From: Spirulina sp.
GTDB taxonomy: Bacteria; Cyanobacteriota; Cyanobacteriia; Phormidesmidales; Phormidesmidaceae
DNA length: 64,000 nucleotides
NCBI GenBank assembly: GCA_044070495.1
Contig: JBIPSI010000016.1
Location: 32,001-96,000 of the forward strand
Direction: 5' to 3'
In this document: piece after piece, positions 20,889 through 31,306 of the stretch
Numbering within the stretch: position 1 is the first letter of the stretch
How the letters are laid out: every line of letters starts with the position of its first letter
Translations under genes and position numbers: made by a program
The notes under the pieces: generated by a model
Seen by the model: only the letters and a program-made list of their open reading frames with translations
Told to the model about the DNA's origin: nothing
The model's database searches: none

Positions 20889-20979
20889 AGGAGTCTCCTA
20901 CAGCAACCTATCCCCAATCATCAATCCCCACCGGTCAGATCCGGCCAGTCCGCCCCCAACAACCGACAACCAATAACCC

Positions 20980-21107
20980 TGGTTGACTGACAAAACTTGC
21001 GAGAACCCAAATCCGCCAAAGGGTCAGGAGACCTGACCCCTACATTATCCAAATCCTGTAGGGGCGCGGTTTCCGCGTCCGGCGCAGGATCTTTTGTCAG
21101 TCAACCA
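20980..21107. mobile_element. MITE-like element with 16-bp terminal inverted repeats and internal REP hairpins
   Basis: TGGTTGACTGACAAAA (20980-20995) and TTTTGTCAGTCAACCA (21092-21107); interrupts a CCAAYAA heptamer tract. Confidence 0.65.
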
Positions 21108-21388
21108 ACCAACAACCAATAACCAATAACCAACAACCAATAACCAACAACACCCCAGAATATGCCGACAATCCTAAGCCACAGGCCGCCTAGGGGACGA
21201 AGGATGCCCAAATTATCGGAGCGCAGCTATAGAGGTTGATCTGTAATTGGCATAAACCGAGTGGTCATTTTGAAAACGGACTGCTACAGTAAATAAACTT
21301 TGAGCTTTGTAAAGGAATCCTTAAGAAGACGCGGGAAGGTGACTGTATACCCATCCCCTATCCATTCCTCTTTGGGGGCTTATCCAAA

Positions 21389-22120
21389 ATGACTCGATCT
21401 ACTCTGTTTTGCGATTTTGACGGCCCCATTGCTGATGTTTCGGAGCGCTACTACCTGACCTACTGCCGGGGCCTAGAGCACATGCAGGCCATGGCCGTGG
21501 CCGCCGGAGACGAGATCGCCATCCGCTGTCTTTCCAAGGCTCAATTTTGGACCTTTAAGCAAAACCGCGTGCCCGACCGCCAAATCGCCCATTGGTCTGG
21601 CCTGGAGGGAACGCAGATCGATGAGTTTCTTGACCTGGTGAGTGGCCTGGTCAACCACCCTAGTCTACTGGCCCACGATCAGGTTCAGGTTCAGGCCTAC
21701 GAAGCCCTCTCTATCCTTCAGCAGTGCGATGTCAGGGTTGTCCTGGTCACCCTGCGCCCACCGGATCAGGTGATTCAGTTCCTCGCCCAGCATGGGTTAG
21801 AGGACTTTGTGAGCGATCTCTACGGGATGCCCACGGCCCAAGCGGCCTACCAAAACCAAGCCCAGCACAAAATTGAGCGGTTGCGGGTTGCCATCGCCGC
21901 CCAACAACGTCGGGGCTATTCCCTCAAAAACACCTGGATGATTGGCGACACCGAGGCAGATATTATGGCTGGCCAAGCCCTCGGCATTGATACCGTCGCC
22001 CTCACCTGCGGCATTCGCAGCCACAGCTATCTCCAGGGCTTTCGCCCCACCCACCTGATGCCCAACCTGTGGACGGCAGCCCAGTGCTTTCAGCAGCAGG
22101 TTACCCTGGGGCGTCGGTAA
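21389..22120 (+). CDS. HAD family hydrolase
   Basis: FCDFDG motif I, VTLR motif II, MIGDTEAD motif IV. Confidence 0.88.
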   Translation: MTRSTLFCDFDGPIADVSERYYLTYCRGLEHMQAMAVAAGDEIAIRCLSKAQFWTFKQNRVPDRQIAHWSGLEGTQIDEFLDLVSGLVNHPSLLAHDQVQVQAYEALSILQQCDVRVVLVTLRPPDQVIQFLAQHGLEDFVSDLYGMPTAQAAYQNQAQHKIERLRVAIAAQQRRGYSLKNTWMIGDTEADIMAGQALGIDTVALTCGIRSHSYLQGFRPTHLMPNLWTAAQCFQQQVTLGRR

Positions 22121-22246
22121 GCGCAGTATCCCCCAAGGCTTGGAACAGTCCCAAGATTCACAGTCCCAAGCTTAAACAAATGGCCGTGCTAGTTGGGGTT
22201 CGATTGACGTTTGATCTACGATGGAGAGGTGTTGTAGGCAACGGCC

Positions 22247-22498
22247 ATGGCTTCTGAATTGAACCGAGAACCCACCCTGGCAGATGTGCTGGAGCGACTA
22301 GATCGCTTTGGCAATGATGTTGAGCGACTCAGTGGCGACGTTGAGCGACTCAGCGGCGACGTTGAGGCCAGCAATGCTCGGTTTGAGAAATGGGATGGGC
22401 GGTTGTGGGGGCTAACCCTGGGGCTGATTGGTACGGCTTGGACGGCGATCTTTGCGGCATCGGCGGTGGTTATCACTCGCACGTTGTACGGCCAATAG
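22247..22498 (+). CDS. Small coiled-coil protein with C-terminal TM helix
   Basis: 21-bp tandem repeats encoding DVERLSG, then a hydrophobic tail; a common cyanobacterial small-protein architecture. Confidence 0.65.
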   Translation: MASELNREPTLADVLERLDRFGNDVERLSGDVERLSGDVEASNARFEKWDGRLWGLTLGLIGTAWTAIFAASAVVITRTLYGQ

Positions 22499-22564
22499 CC
22501 CTAGAATTCCTCGTCTCAGCAGATCGTAAACATGCTCTTTTGCCGAGGACTGGGGATCTCTTGG

Positions 22565-24334
22565 TCACTTGGCCTCCCCAATGCCTTTACTCAAACGACG
22601 GAGCCACCAACCACCGCCAACGGCGACGATCAGCCACACCCAGCCCGTAAGGGGTTGATAGAGCAAAAATCCGCCGACTCCCAGCATGGCCCCGAGCAGC
22701 AACAACAGGGCCGCCAATGCTTTGAGTAAATCCTGTTGGAGAGACTGGGCGGGTTGGATTCCCGTGCGCTGGCGTTGTCTAGACCAGCCGGGGCCACCGG
22801 GGCGCACCTTGCGGTAAAAGGCATCGAGGGTGGCATCGCTTTCGGGTGGTGTGATCACCATGGCCGTGACCCAAATGACGAGGGTAATCAGGGTCGTGGT
22901 CATTAGGCGTAGGCCGAAGTCGGGGATGGTCAGAATCGGGACGACCGTGGTCACGAGGCCCACCAGGAACCCGGCTACCATGGCCGCCAGTTCGGCAGCG
23001 GCGTTGATTCGCCACCAGAACCAGCGCAGGATTAGCACTAGTCCCGGCCCGGTGCCAATAGCAATCACCAGCCGAAACACCGTGGTCACATCCTGGGAAT
23101 AGAAAGCGGCGACGGCCCCCAGAGCAGTGACCACCACCGAGGCAATGCGTCCAGACAGAACGAGTTCGGCTTGGGAGGCATCAGGCCGGATGAATCGCCC
23201 ATACAAATCATTGGTCAAATAGGAAGCGCCCCAGTTAATCAGCGTTGATACCGTACTCATGAAGGCGGCAATCAACGAGGCCACCACCAGCCCCAACAGC
23301 ACCGGGGGCAGGAAATCCAGCATCAGCATGGGGTAGCCCAATTCTCGGTCTTCTAGGTTGGGGTAGATCACCACAGCGGCGAGGGCCACAATCACCCAGG
23401 GCCAGGTGCGAATGACGTAGTGAAGGATGTTGAAAAACCAGGCGGCTTTTTCCGCTTCGGCCTCGTCCTTAGCGGCGGCGAGGCGCTGGATAAATTCGCC
23501 CCCGCCATCGCTGCGACGAAAGGCCCACCATTGCAGGGTGACGTAGGCCAAAAAGGTGCTGATACTAATGCCTGCGGTTTCGCTCCAGCGGTACCAGCCG
23601 CCCTCAGTGGATCGCTCTAAGGGGACAAAGGCCAGCAGATCGGTACCCCCCGTGGCCTGCACCTGTTCGATCAAGCTACCCATGCCGCCCAGGTTGGCCA
23701 CCGCCGCCACCGCCACGATGATCGCCCCCAGCAGGGCCAAAAAGAACTGGAAAAAGTCCGTAGCGACCACGCCCCACAATCCAGAAAAGCCCGCATAGAC
23801 CAGCACCAACAGGCTGACGCCGATGACGCTGATCAGCTTGAGGCTTTCCCCCGGCTCAATGCCTAGGGATTGCCAAATTTGTAGGGCGTCGATCACCTTG
23901 ACCATGGCCAACATGGCGTAGCCAATGCCAATGCAGTTAATTGGTACCGCAAACAAAAAGGCCTTCACCCCCCGCAACCAGGCCGCCGTAGCGCCGCCGT
24001 AGCGCAGTTCCGTTAGCTCCGCATCGGTGATGATTTCCGACCGTCGCCACAGCCGCGCAAACACGTAGATCATCACCACATGGGCAATGCCAAAGCTCCA
24101 CCATTCCCAGTTGCCCGCAATGCCGCGATTGCCCACCACCCCAGCAATGTACAGGGGCGTATCAATGGAAAACGTAGTCGCGGCCATGCTGGTGCCCGCC
24201 AGCCACCAGGGCAGGGAACGCCCCGACACAAAGAAATCCACCAGACTGCCGGAGGCTTTGCGGCCCAGGTACAGCCCCAACCCCAGGGAAAACGCGAGGT
24301 AGGCCACCACAATGGCCCAGTCAATCCAAATCAC
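22565..24334 (-). CDS. Sodium:solute symporter family protein
   Basis: FFVSGRSLPWW..GTSMAATTF, GVVATDFFQF, AAFMST; many TM helices. GTG start. Confidence 0.93.
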   Translation of the reverse strand: MIWIDWAIVVAYLAFSLGLGLYLGRKASGSLVDFFVSGRSLPWWLAGTSMAATTFSIDTPLYIAGVVGNRGIAGNWEWWSFGIAHVVMIYVFARLWRRSEIITDAELTELRYGGATAAWLRGVKAFLFAVPINCIGIGYAMLAMVKVIDALQIWQSLGIEPGESLKLISVIGVSLLVLVYAGFSGLWGVVATDFFQFFLALLGAIIVAVAAVANLGGMGSLIEQVQATGGTDLLAFVPLERSTEGGWYRWSETAGISISTFLAYVTLQWWAFRRSDGGGEFIQRLAAAKDEAEAEKAAWFFNILHYVIRTWPWVIVALAAVVIYPNLEDRELGYPMLMLDFLPPVLLGLVVASLIAAFMSTVSTLINWGASYLTNDLYGRFIRPDASQAELVLSGRIASVVVTALGAVAAFYSQDVTTVFRLVIAIGTGPGLVLILRWFWWRINAAAELAAMVAGFLVGLVTTVVPILTIPDFGLRLMTTTLITLVIWVTAMVITPPESDATLDAFYRKVRPGGPGWSRQRQRTGIQPAQSLQQDLLKALAALLLLLGAMLGVGGFLLYQPLTGWVWLIVAVGGGWWLRRLSKGIGEAK

Positions 24335-24553
24335 AGCGGGTACCGTCGAACACCGCTGTTATCTTGCCATACCCCCAGGGTCAATCCGGCAGGATTTCCC
24401 ATCGATCCCTAGCCCAGCCTTAGCCCAGGGGAGCGCTTGAGGGGAGGTCGTGTGCTTTTGGCAGGGTGGAAAAGAGGGGATGTCTGGTGGGTTGAATGCC
24501 TCTGATTTTAGGGATGCCCTAGGATGGTGGCAGGACGAACGACCGAGGCGGCA

Positions 24554-25390
24554 ATGACCAATCTGAACGCGGCGATTTTGGGATGTGGCTATGTGGGCCA
24601 AGCGGTGGCAGAGGTGTGGCGTCGTCAGGGAATCACCGTAACCGCGACCACTACGCGACCAGAGCGTCTAGCCAATCTAAAAACCGTCGCAGATCGGGCC
24701 ATGGTGGTGAATGGATCCGATGAAGCTACCGTGGCAGAATTGTTGACCGATCAACAGGTGCTTTTGATTTGTGTGGGGGCCGGACGGCAGGCGGACTATC
24801 GAGAAACCTATCTGAACACGGCTAAAACCGTGGTGAGTGCCCTAGCCCAAGCACCCAGCCTGCGGCAGATTATCTTCACCAGCACCTACTCGGTCTACGG
24901 CAACCACAGCGGGGCCTGGGTGCGAGAGGATGATCCCGCCCAACCTGCCACGGAAAACGGGAAAACCACGCTGGAAACCGAGCAGGTCTTGCTGTCGGCA
25001 GCGACGGCACAGCGGCAGGTCTGTGTGTTTCGGCTGGGGGGCATCTACGGCCCAGGGCGAGAACTGGCCAAAATCTACGGTCGGGCGGCGGGCACCACCC
25101 GACCCGGCAGCGGCCAGGAGGCCAGCAATTGGATTCACCTAGACGACATTGTGGGGGCGATAGATTGGGCGCAAACCCACGGGCTGAGCGGCCTCTACAA
25201 CCTGGTGCAGGATGAAATCCCCACCGTGCGCGACCTGATTGACCGAGTTTGCCAAACCCATCAGTTGGCCCCTGTTGAATGGGATCCCTCCCAACCCAGC
25301 GCTCGCCCCTACAATGTGCGCGTGGCTAACCAAAAGCTCAAGGCCGCTGGCTACCCCTTTCGCCATCCTAGTTTCAGCGAACTGGCCTAG
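24554..25390 (+). CDS. NAD(P)-dependent SDR/epimerase
   Basis: ILGCGYVG, FTSTYSVYG, RLGGIYGPGR, NWIHLDD. Confidence 0.88.
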   Translation: MTNLNAAILGCGYVGQAVAEVWRRQGITVTATTTRPERLANLKTVADRAMVVNGSDEATVAELLTDQQVLLICVGAGRQADYRETYLNTAKTVVSALAQAPSLRQIIFTSTYSVYGNHSGAWVREDDPAQPATENGKTTLETEQVLLSAATAQRQVCVFRLGGIYGPGRELAKIYGRAAGTTRPGSGQEASNWIHLDDIVGAIDWAQTHGLSGLYNLVQDEIPTVRDLIDRVCQTHQLAPVEWDPSQPSARPYNVRVANQKLKAAGYPFRHPSFSELA

Positions 25391-26001
25391 GCCCCTAGAC
25401 CCTGTTCCCCAAGCACCTGCTTGCGTTTGGCATAGATGCTTTTGAGGTGCCGTTTGACGGTATTCACACTGATATATAGGGCCTGGGCAATGGCCTCGTA
25501 GCTTTGGTTGGCCTGCCGCAGCACCCAAACCTCCCGTTCGCGAGGGGTGAGGTTGTAGCGCAGGGCTTCGATGCGAGCCATGGCCTCGGCGGTTTGGGTC
25601 GGATCGTCCAGCAGCACCACCAGGTAAGAGTCCTCTGTAGCGGGCCAATCGAGCCACTGCACTCGAACCTGGATACTCTGTCCATCGCCATCCATTAAGT
25701 CTTGGCTGAGCACCAGGGCATGATCGGGAAAAATAGCCCGTCCTTCAATTAAGTGGTGACCCATCGCCCAAACCCTGGGCGGCACAGGCAGCGGGGCATG
25801 GATATCACCCTGGGGCGGGGTAGCGGGGCAAAGCCGACGGCAAAGACGTTGGCCCTGGTGGTTGTGGTGTAGGCAGGTGCCGTCCTGGGCCAAAATCAGC
25901 ACCCCAGCGGCAAATCCTTCTAGCACAGCACTGACGAAGGAAAAGTCTGGCTGGGGGGCGGGGCGCAGACGAGAGGGAGAGAATGAACTCAGCATGACCA
26001 T
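25387..26001 (-). CDS. LuxR-family HTH transcriptional regulator with PAS-like N-terminus
   Basis: LTPREREV...SYEAIAQALYISVNTVKRHLKSIY. Start uncertain (26001 or 26085). Confidence 0.85.
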   Translation of the reverse strand: MVMLSSFSPSRLRPAPQPDFSFVSAVLEGFAAGVLILAQDGTCLHHNHQGQRLCRRLCPATPPQGDIHAPLPVPPRVWAMGHHLIEGRAIFPDHALVLSQDLMDGDGQSIQVRVQWLDWPATEDSYLVVLLDDPTQTAEAMARIEALRYNLTPREREVWVLRQANQSYEAIAQALYISVNTVKRHLKSIYAKRKQVLGEQGLGA

Positions 26002-26361
26002 GGGGGCTACCAAATAAATCACAGCAACGAACGCAGGAACGGAAAGTGAGTCATCCACATCCAGAAAATCTGGCTCAGGGGGCACGTTTTGGATAGGGAG
26101 AACCCCAACGCAACCGGGGGATTTTCCGTACCTGGGGGCCAGTTCCTAAATTGGATGACTGAATTTACGTAGGTGTCTGGATCGGGTACAAAATGCCATG
26201 CCTCCGGTTTCCAAGTGATCAAACCCTAGGGATGCGGTCTCCTCGCCCGCCTCAGTTGGATTGCAGAAGACCAGTGATTCGCTTCTCCTGATCCCTTTGC
26301 CGTCAGGAGCCTTGGGATAGAACATCGTGGTACAACAAAGAAGGTTTAGCGGAACCAGCCC

Positions 26362-26898
26362 GTGCTGACAGTGACCCAAATTTTGCCTGCGGATTCCACG
26401 GCAACGGTGGTGGCCGAACTCGCCCTCACCGCCCACGACCGCACCCGTTCGCGCCATCGCTTTGAGGCGACCGATGGCACGCCGATTCAGCTCAATCTGC
26501 CCAGGGGTAGCCTGCTGCGTGGCAATACCCTCCTGGCCAGCCCCGATGGTCAGCTTGTGCGGGTGTTGGCCAAACCAGAACCCGTGCTCAAGGTGATCGC
26601 CGAGTCGCCCTTGGCCCTCGTTCGGGCCGCCTACCACCTGGGCAACCGCCATGTTCCCCTAGAAATTTCCCTGGACAGCCTGGTTTTAGAACCCGACCCC
26701 GTCCTGGAGGCGATGCTGCTTCAGTTGGGGGGGCTATCGGTGCAGACCCTCATCCAACCCTTTGAGCCGGAAGCCGGAGCCTACCACAGTGGCCATGGCC
26801 ACACCGCCGCGCCCGCCCAATCGGCCTCTAGCGCCCATGCCCACCCGGATTCTCAGCCCGATTCCCCCCATGCCCACCCCCACGCCCATGGCCCTTGA
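26362..26898 (+). CDS. ureE: Urease accessory protein UreE
   Basis: AYHLGNRH, DPVLEAML, PFEPEAGAY, His-rich tail. Confidence 0.95.
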   Translation: MLTVTQILPADSTATVVAELALTAHDRTRSRHRFEATDGTPIQLNLPRGSLLRGNTLLASPDGQLVRVLAKPEPVLKVIAESPLALVRAAYHLGNRHVPLEISLDSLVLEPDPVLEAMLLQLGGLSVQTLIQPFEPEAGAYHSGHGHTAAPAQSASSAHAHPDSQPDSPHAHPHAHGP

Positions 26899-27568
26899 TA
26901 CTGGCTCAGCTCTCCTTCGCCTGTTGCAACTGGCCAGCCCCGCCCTACCCGTGGGGGCCTATAGCTACTCCGAGGGCCTAGAAACCTTAATTCATCAAGG
27001 TATGACCACCCCCGACGAGGTCATGCAATGGCTAGAACAGGAACTCGCCCTAGGGTTCATTCGAGTGGAAGCCGCCTACATCCATCGCATTCACCAAGCC
27101 GCCCAGGCTAGTCAGTGGTCAGCCATCGCCGCCGACAACCGCTGGCTCTCCGCCCTACGCGAGAGTGAGGAAAGCCGCCAGCAAAGCTGGGCCACCGGCA
27201 GAGCCTTGGTACGTCTGATTCTTGACCTACATCCAGAACTCACCGATGGCCTTACAACCGTGGGACAGCCCTGCAATTTTGCGGTTGGGTTTGCGGTGCT
27301 CGCCGCCCACTGGCAGATTCCCGCCGATTCGGCGGTTCTGGGCTACCTCCAGAGCTGGGCCACCAATCTTGTGACAGCGGCGGTGAAACTGGTGCCCCTA
27401 GGCCAAACCCAGGGGCAGCGCATGGTACTTACCCTCAACGCTGCACTGGAGGCCACCGCCACCCAAAGCGCCACCCTAGGCACCGACGATCTTACCCTCG
27501 GCGGCTGGGGGGCATCCCTCGCCAGTATGCAACACGAAACCCTCTACAGTCGCCTGTTTAGAAGCTAA
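26888..27568 (+). CDS. ureF: Urease accessory protein UreF
   Basis: LLQLASPALPVGAYSYSEGLE, PLGQTQGQ, HETLYSRLFRS. Confidence 0.95.
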   Translation: MALDTGSALLRLLQLASPALPVGAYSYSEGLETLIHQGMTTPDEVMQWLEQELALGFIRVEAAYIHRIHQAAQASQWSAIAADNRWLSALRESEESRQQSWATGRALVRLILDLHPELTDGLTTVGQPCNFAVGFAVLAAHWQIPADSAVLGYLQSWATNLVTAAVKLVPLGQTQGQRMVLTLNAALEATATQSATLGTDDLTLGGWGASLASMQHETLYSRLFRS

Positions 27569-27613
27569 GGTCACCCGCCCCCGGATTATTTTCCTCCCCG
27601 CCCCAACGGAACT

Positions 27614-27714
27614 ATAGCTGTAGCCAGTCTGGTGGAGACATTTCCCCTCAAAGGTTTGAACGTTCCGACGTTTGAACGTTGTCTGAATGCTCTAATCCAA
27701 GTGACGATAGCTAT
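27614..27714. mobile_element. Short MITE-like repeat with imperfect TIRs
   Basis: Ends ATAGCTGTAGCCAGT... and ...AGTGACGATAGCTAT; internal 8-mer tandem TTTGAACG/TTCCGACG/TTTGAACG. Confidence 0.5.
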
Positions 27715-27778
27715 CAGGGCGAAGGCATGATTCCCGATCACCTAGGCTGGACGGCCAGGGGCTAACGATAGCAGGGGG

Positions 27779-27955
27779 CTAGATCCCATCGGAGACTTCT
27801 ACCCGCTTGGCAAAGAGTTCGCCATCAAAGGGCTGAACGCCAATGGCGGGATAGTTATCGTCGCTAGGGCCAAAAATGCGGGCAATGGGATCGACAAAGT
27901 ATTGGGTCAGCCCGTCTAAAAAGTAGCCAAAAACCGAAAGTTTAGAGCGTTTCAT
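27779..27955 (-). CDS. Small conserved cyanobacterial protein (58 aa), not in the ORF track
   Basis: MKRSKLSVFGYFLDGLTQYFVDPIARIFGPSDDNYPAIGVQPFDGELFAKRVEVSDGI; upstream GAGGT RBS; the RIF.P.DD.YP..GVQPF.G motif recalls a cyanobacterial small-protein family. Confidence 0.75.
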   Translation of the reverse strand: MKRSKLSVFGYFLDGLTQYFVDPIARIFGPSDDNYPAIGVQPFDGELFAKRVEVSDGI

Positions 27956-28725
27956 AGGTGCTACCTCATCGGGTGTGAAGGTCTGGATATTGACATCCCT
28001 AAGCTAGTCAGAGTAGGGATAAGGAACCCATTTATCCAATAATGCAGCGCTATCAAGACGCGATTGATAGGATTTAAAGGAGAGAAATGAACATCCAAGA
28101 AATCACCCTATCTCTAAAACGGGATTCGCTGCATGGATTGATATGAGGAAATTACGGTTGTTGAATTAGCGATATTTGATGGGGCTAAATAAACCTAAAC
28201 TTCCTACACTCTCTAACACTTTTATACTAAGAGATCGGCTCTATCCCATTCCATCTGTGGTGACTATTCTTTACAGAGTATGGCCATTAATGATAAACCG
28301 ACTTCACCGGAGGGCGAGGTCAGCGATACGGTCGCTAGGCGCTCAGAGGTCAACCCATCGGACTAGGGCTACAGAGACTGGCTGACACAATGCCGAAGCC
28401 CATTTGCACCGCTGGCCCCACCCACGGGGTTGATGGGGCAACCCATGGGCTACGACAGCCCTGAATTTCTCCGGACGGGGGCGATGTTCCATTGGATTCC
28501 TAGGATTGGGAGACAACCGTGAACGGTTGTAACGGCGAATTGTATAGAGATCCTTCATTTTCTGGCCATTGGGCATGAAATAGGTAGGGCCACGAAATGG
28601 TATGTTGGATCGGGTTCAAACTGGTGGTAAACCAGTCAGCATTCGGGGGTAGGTCTACCAGACGAGGTTGACTCCGCTGGGTCAGTCCTCACAGGTGTTG
28701 ATTTTCCGTAGTTTCTGAGATCGCC

Positions 28726-30345
28726 ATGCTAAGTGCGCTCCTTGCCTTAACGTTTTCACCGGTCTTTGCTCAGGTTCCTCAGGCCGAGATTGCCGCTTCG
28801 GATCCAGCCGAGACGGTGATTCTCTCCCGTGATGGCACCTACGCTGAGGTGATTCGGCGGCAAGAAGTACGGTCTCTTCCCGGTAGCCTGGATGAGGTGC
28901 CGGTGTTTAATAGCAACAGCCCTGAGGTGGTGCAGCAGGAGGGGATTCTGCTATCCACCTTTCCGCCGGAGGGTATGACCACGGCGGCGGCTCACCTCAA
29001 CTATTCCTTTAACGGGCGTTTTGACATTTTTGCCCACCACATCGCCCGTGGCCTCAATCCTGACGACCGACGCACGCTGTTTTTGGGCGTTGTGATCTAC
29101 AACCCTAACGATGAACCCGTTACGGTCACCATCGATCAAGGGGTAAGCTATCTCAGCCAGGAGGCTCCCTTCCTCGAATTGCCCGATATGCGCCTGAGCA
29201 CTAACGGCAACGTATTTGCTGGCCCCGGCAGCCGCACCGCCACCGATATGCTGCGGGGGGCCACCCAACCTCACTGGCCGCGCTCCATCACCATCCCACC
29301 CGGCCATGTTCACCTATTGATGAACACGCCCATTCCGCTGCGGCAGTTGACCGTACCCGTAAACGGCAGTCATCCCCAGGGGGCCATGATCCCCAAACCG
29401 CCGATCCGTCCAGTCACGGTCTCAGCGGCCTCAGAACAGATCAACTTAGATAGCAACGGGGAGGTCTTGCCGCCGCCCCGGCCCGTTGAGCGGCCTATCC
29501 CCAGCAATGGCCGCACCGCCATGATGTATCTGACCAGCAGCGGCCCCGTGCATGTGGCCAGCTTAGCCAAGTATGCCGACCGCACCGCCTCCGGGGACGA
29601 AAAGGTACCCACCCTCAGCGACTGGATTCGGATCCTCAAGCAGGGACGGCTGGCGGGGCCTCGGGATATTCCCCCTTCTGATCCCAACACCTATCGCTTT
29701 GGTCGCTTCTACTATGGCCGAGTAGCGGGCGTAGCGAAGGGATCCTCCTGGCAGGCCACCCTCACCGACAACCCAGAGGCTGAGGTGCTGACGGTGCCGC
29801 CCCCGGGCAATTCCTTCTCCTATGTAGTTAGTTCTGTGGATCGCAATACCTTTGGCACGGGGCAAATTCAAAGTGCCCCCATGGTGGCCCGCTATCCCGA
29901 TACGGCCTTCCGTGCCCACGGCAACTACGGCGTGCGCTACAGCCTCGATCTGCCCCTCTACAACAACACCGGCACCGCCCAAACCGTTAGCATCAAGTTT
30001 CAAACCCCCATGCAAGACGATAACTTAGTGGCTGGGTTGCGGTTCCGTCGTCCTCCCGAAAATCGAATTTTCTTCCGGGGGACGGTACGCCTGCGGTTCA
30101 AAAACCAAATGGGCCTTGAACAAACTCACTACGTCCACCTCGTGCAGCGACGGGGGCAGGAGGGTGAGCCTTTGCTGCGGTTCACGGTGCCCCCAGAAAC
30201 CCGTCGAGACTTGGCGGTGGATCTAATCTACCCCGCCGATGCCACCCCGCCCCAGGTGCTAACGATCTTTAACGGCGCAAACCGTCCGGTTTTCGGGGCT
30301 AGTGATGCCTCTGTGGTGCCAGCCCTCAGTCAAGAACCCCCCTGA
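28726..30345 (+). CDS. DUF3370 domain secreted protein
   Basis: LPGSLDEVPVFNSNSPE..GILLSTFP, YGRVAGV, AHGNYGV.Y, YPADATPPQVLT. Confidence 0.9.
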   Translation: MLSALLALTFSPVFAQVPQAEIAASDPAETVILSRDGTYAEVIRRQEVRSLPGSLDEVPVFNSNSPEVVQQEGILLSTFPPEGMTTAAAHLNYSFNGRFDIFAHHIARGLNPDDRRTLFLGVVIYNPNDEPVTVTIDQGVSYLSQEAPFLELPDMRLSTNGNVFAGPGSRTATDMLRGATQPHWPRSITIPPGHVHLLMNTPIPLRQLTVPVNGSHPQGAMIPKPPIRPVTVSAASEQINLDSNGEVLPPPRPVERPIPSNGRTAMMYLTSSGPVHVASLAKYADRTASGDEKVPTLSDWIRILKQGRLAGPRDIPPSDPNTYRFGRFYYGRVAGVAKGSSWQATLTDNPEAEVLTVPPPGNSFSYVVSSVDRNTFGTGQIQSAPMVARYPDTAFRAHGNYGVRYSLDLPLYNNTGTAQTVSIKFQTPMQDDNLVAGLRFRRPPENRIFFRGTVRLRFKNQMGLEQTHYVHLVQRRGQEGEPLLRFTVPPETRRDLAVDLIYPADATPPQVLTIFNGANRPVFGASDASVVPALSQEPP

Positions 30346-30425
30346 TCGCAATAATTGGCTTCCTCAAATCTAGTAGCGCTATATTGGCTAAAGATTCGAG
30401 GCCCATGGTGGGTGAGGAAATTGTT

Positions 30426-30890
30426 ATGGCTGGGAAAAAGACCAACTGGCTACCGGGCGTCGTTAGCCGAGATCGACTTCAGCGCTCCTATCTGTGGGGT
30501 GGTGGGCTAGCCCTCGTCGTTCTATTCCTAGTGGGCTGCGGAACCAATAGTTCGGCCCCTGGTGACGCCACCAATCATTCCGCTGGTACCGAGGTGGTAG
30601 CCGCTACCCCAGAGGCATCCCTCGCTCAACATCTTGCGGCCACGGGGGGCACCATGTATGGAGCCTACTGGTGCCCCCACTGCGCCGATCAAAAGGCCAT
30701 GTTTGGCGATGCCGTGGATCAACTACCCTACGTAGAATGCGCTGCCGATGGGGAGAATGCCCAACCGGATCTCTGTAGTGCGAAGGGAATTCAGGCCTAT
30801 CCCACCTGGGAAATTAACGGCCAACTCTATCCCGGCGTTAAATCCCTAGAGGATTTAGCGCAGCTCTCGGGCTATCAACCAGCCCCATAG
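30426..30890 (+). CDS. Thioredoxin-like (lipo)protein of the VKOR-associated type
   Basis: MYGAYWCPHC..QK..FG, YVEC, YPTWEING; lipobox LVGC. Start uncertain. Confidence 0.85.
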   Translation: MAGKKTNWLPGVVSRDRLQRSYLWGGGLALVVLFLVGCGTNSSAPGDATNHSAGTEVVAATPEASLAQHLAATGGTMYGAYWCPHCADQKAMFGDAVDQLPYVECAADGENAQPDLCSAKGIQAYPTWEINGQLYPGVKSLEDLAQLSGYQPAP

Positions 30891-30946
30891 CTCTGACAAT
30901 CGGAGCCTTGGCCGATTCCTAGGCTGTTGTCTCATTCCTTAAGCCC

Positions 30947-31306
30947 TTGCACGACCCCAGTTCCCACGCCCACGCCCATGACACCTTCACGCCCCCAGAA
31001 GGCCAGATTGACGGCCAAAGGGTGGTGCACCCCCACGTCCACGACCCGGAATCTCTGCGGAGCATTGTGAACCGTCTATCCCGGATTGAGGGCCATATTC
31101 GCGGCATCAAAACCATGGTGCAGGAAAGCCGCCCCTGCCCTGATGTGCTGGTTCAAATTGCGGCGGTGCGGGGGGCGCTAGATCGGGTGGCCCGCGTTAT
31201 TTTGGATGAGCACCTAACGGAATGCATCAGCCGCGCCGCCGAAGTCGGCAATATTGACGATGAAATTGCTGAACTCAAAGCAGCTCTGGATCGCTTCTTG
31301 CCGTAA
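30947..31306 (+). CDS. inrS: CsoR/RcnR family metal-sensing repressor (InrS-like)
   Basis: HPHVH..ESL...VNRLSRIEGHIRG.KTMVQE.RPCP..L.Q.AAVRGALDRVAR.ILD.H..ECI. Confidence 0.85.
   Translation: MHDPSSHAHAHDTFTPPEGQIDGQRVVHPHVHDPESLRSIVNRLSRIEGHIRGIKTMVQESRPCPDVLVQIAAVRGALDRVARVILDEHLTECISRAAEVGNIDDEIAELKAALDRFLP

Noticed and set aside
26362..27568. ureEF without ureABC/D/G, and gvpFG without gvpAC
   Set aside because: Dispersed urease and gas-vesicle genes are normal in cyanobacteria.
28176..28576. Short ORFs 28176-28385 (+) and 28343-28576 (-)
   Set aside because: No motifs, no convincing RBS, mutually overlapping; cannot be supported.
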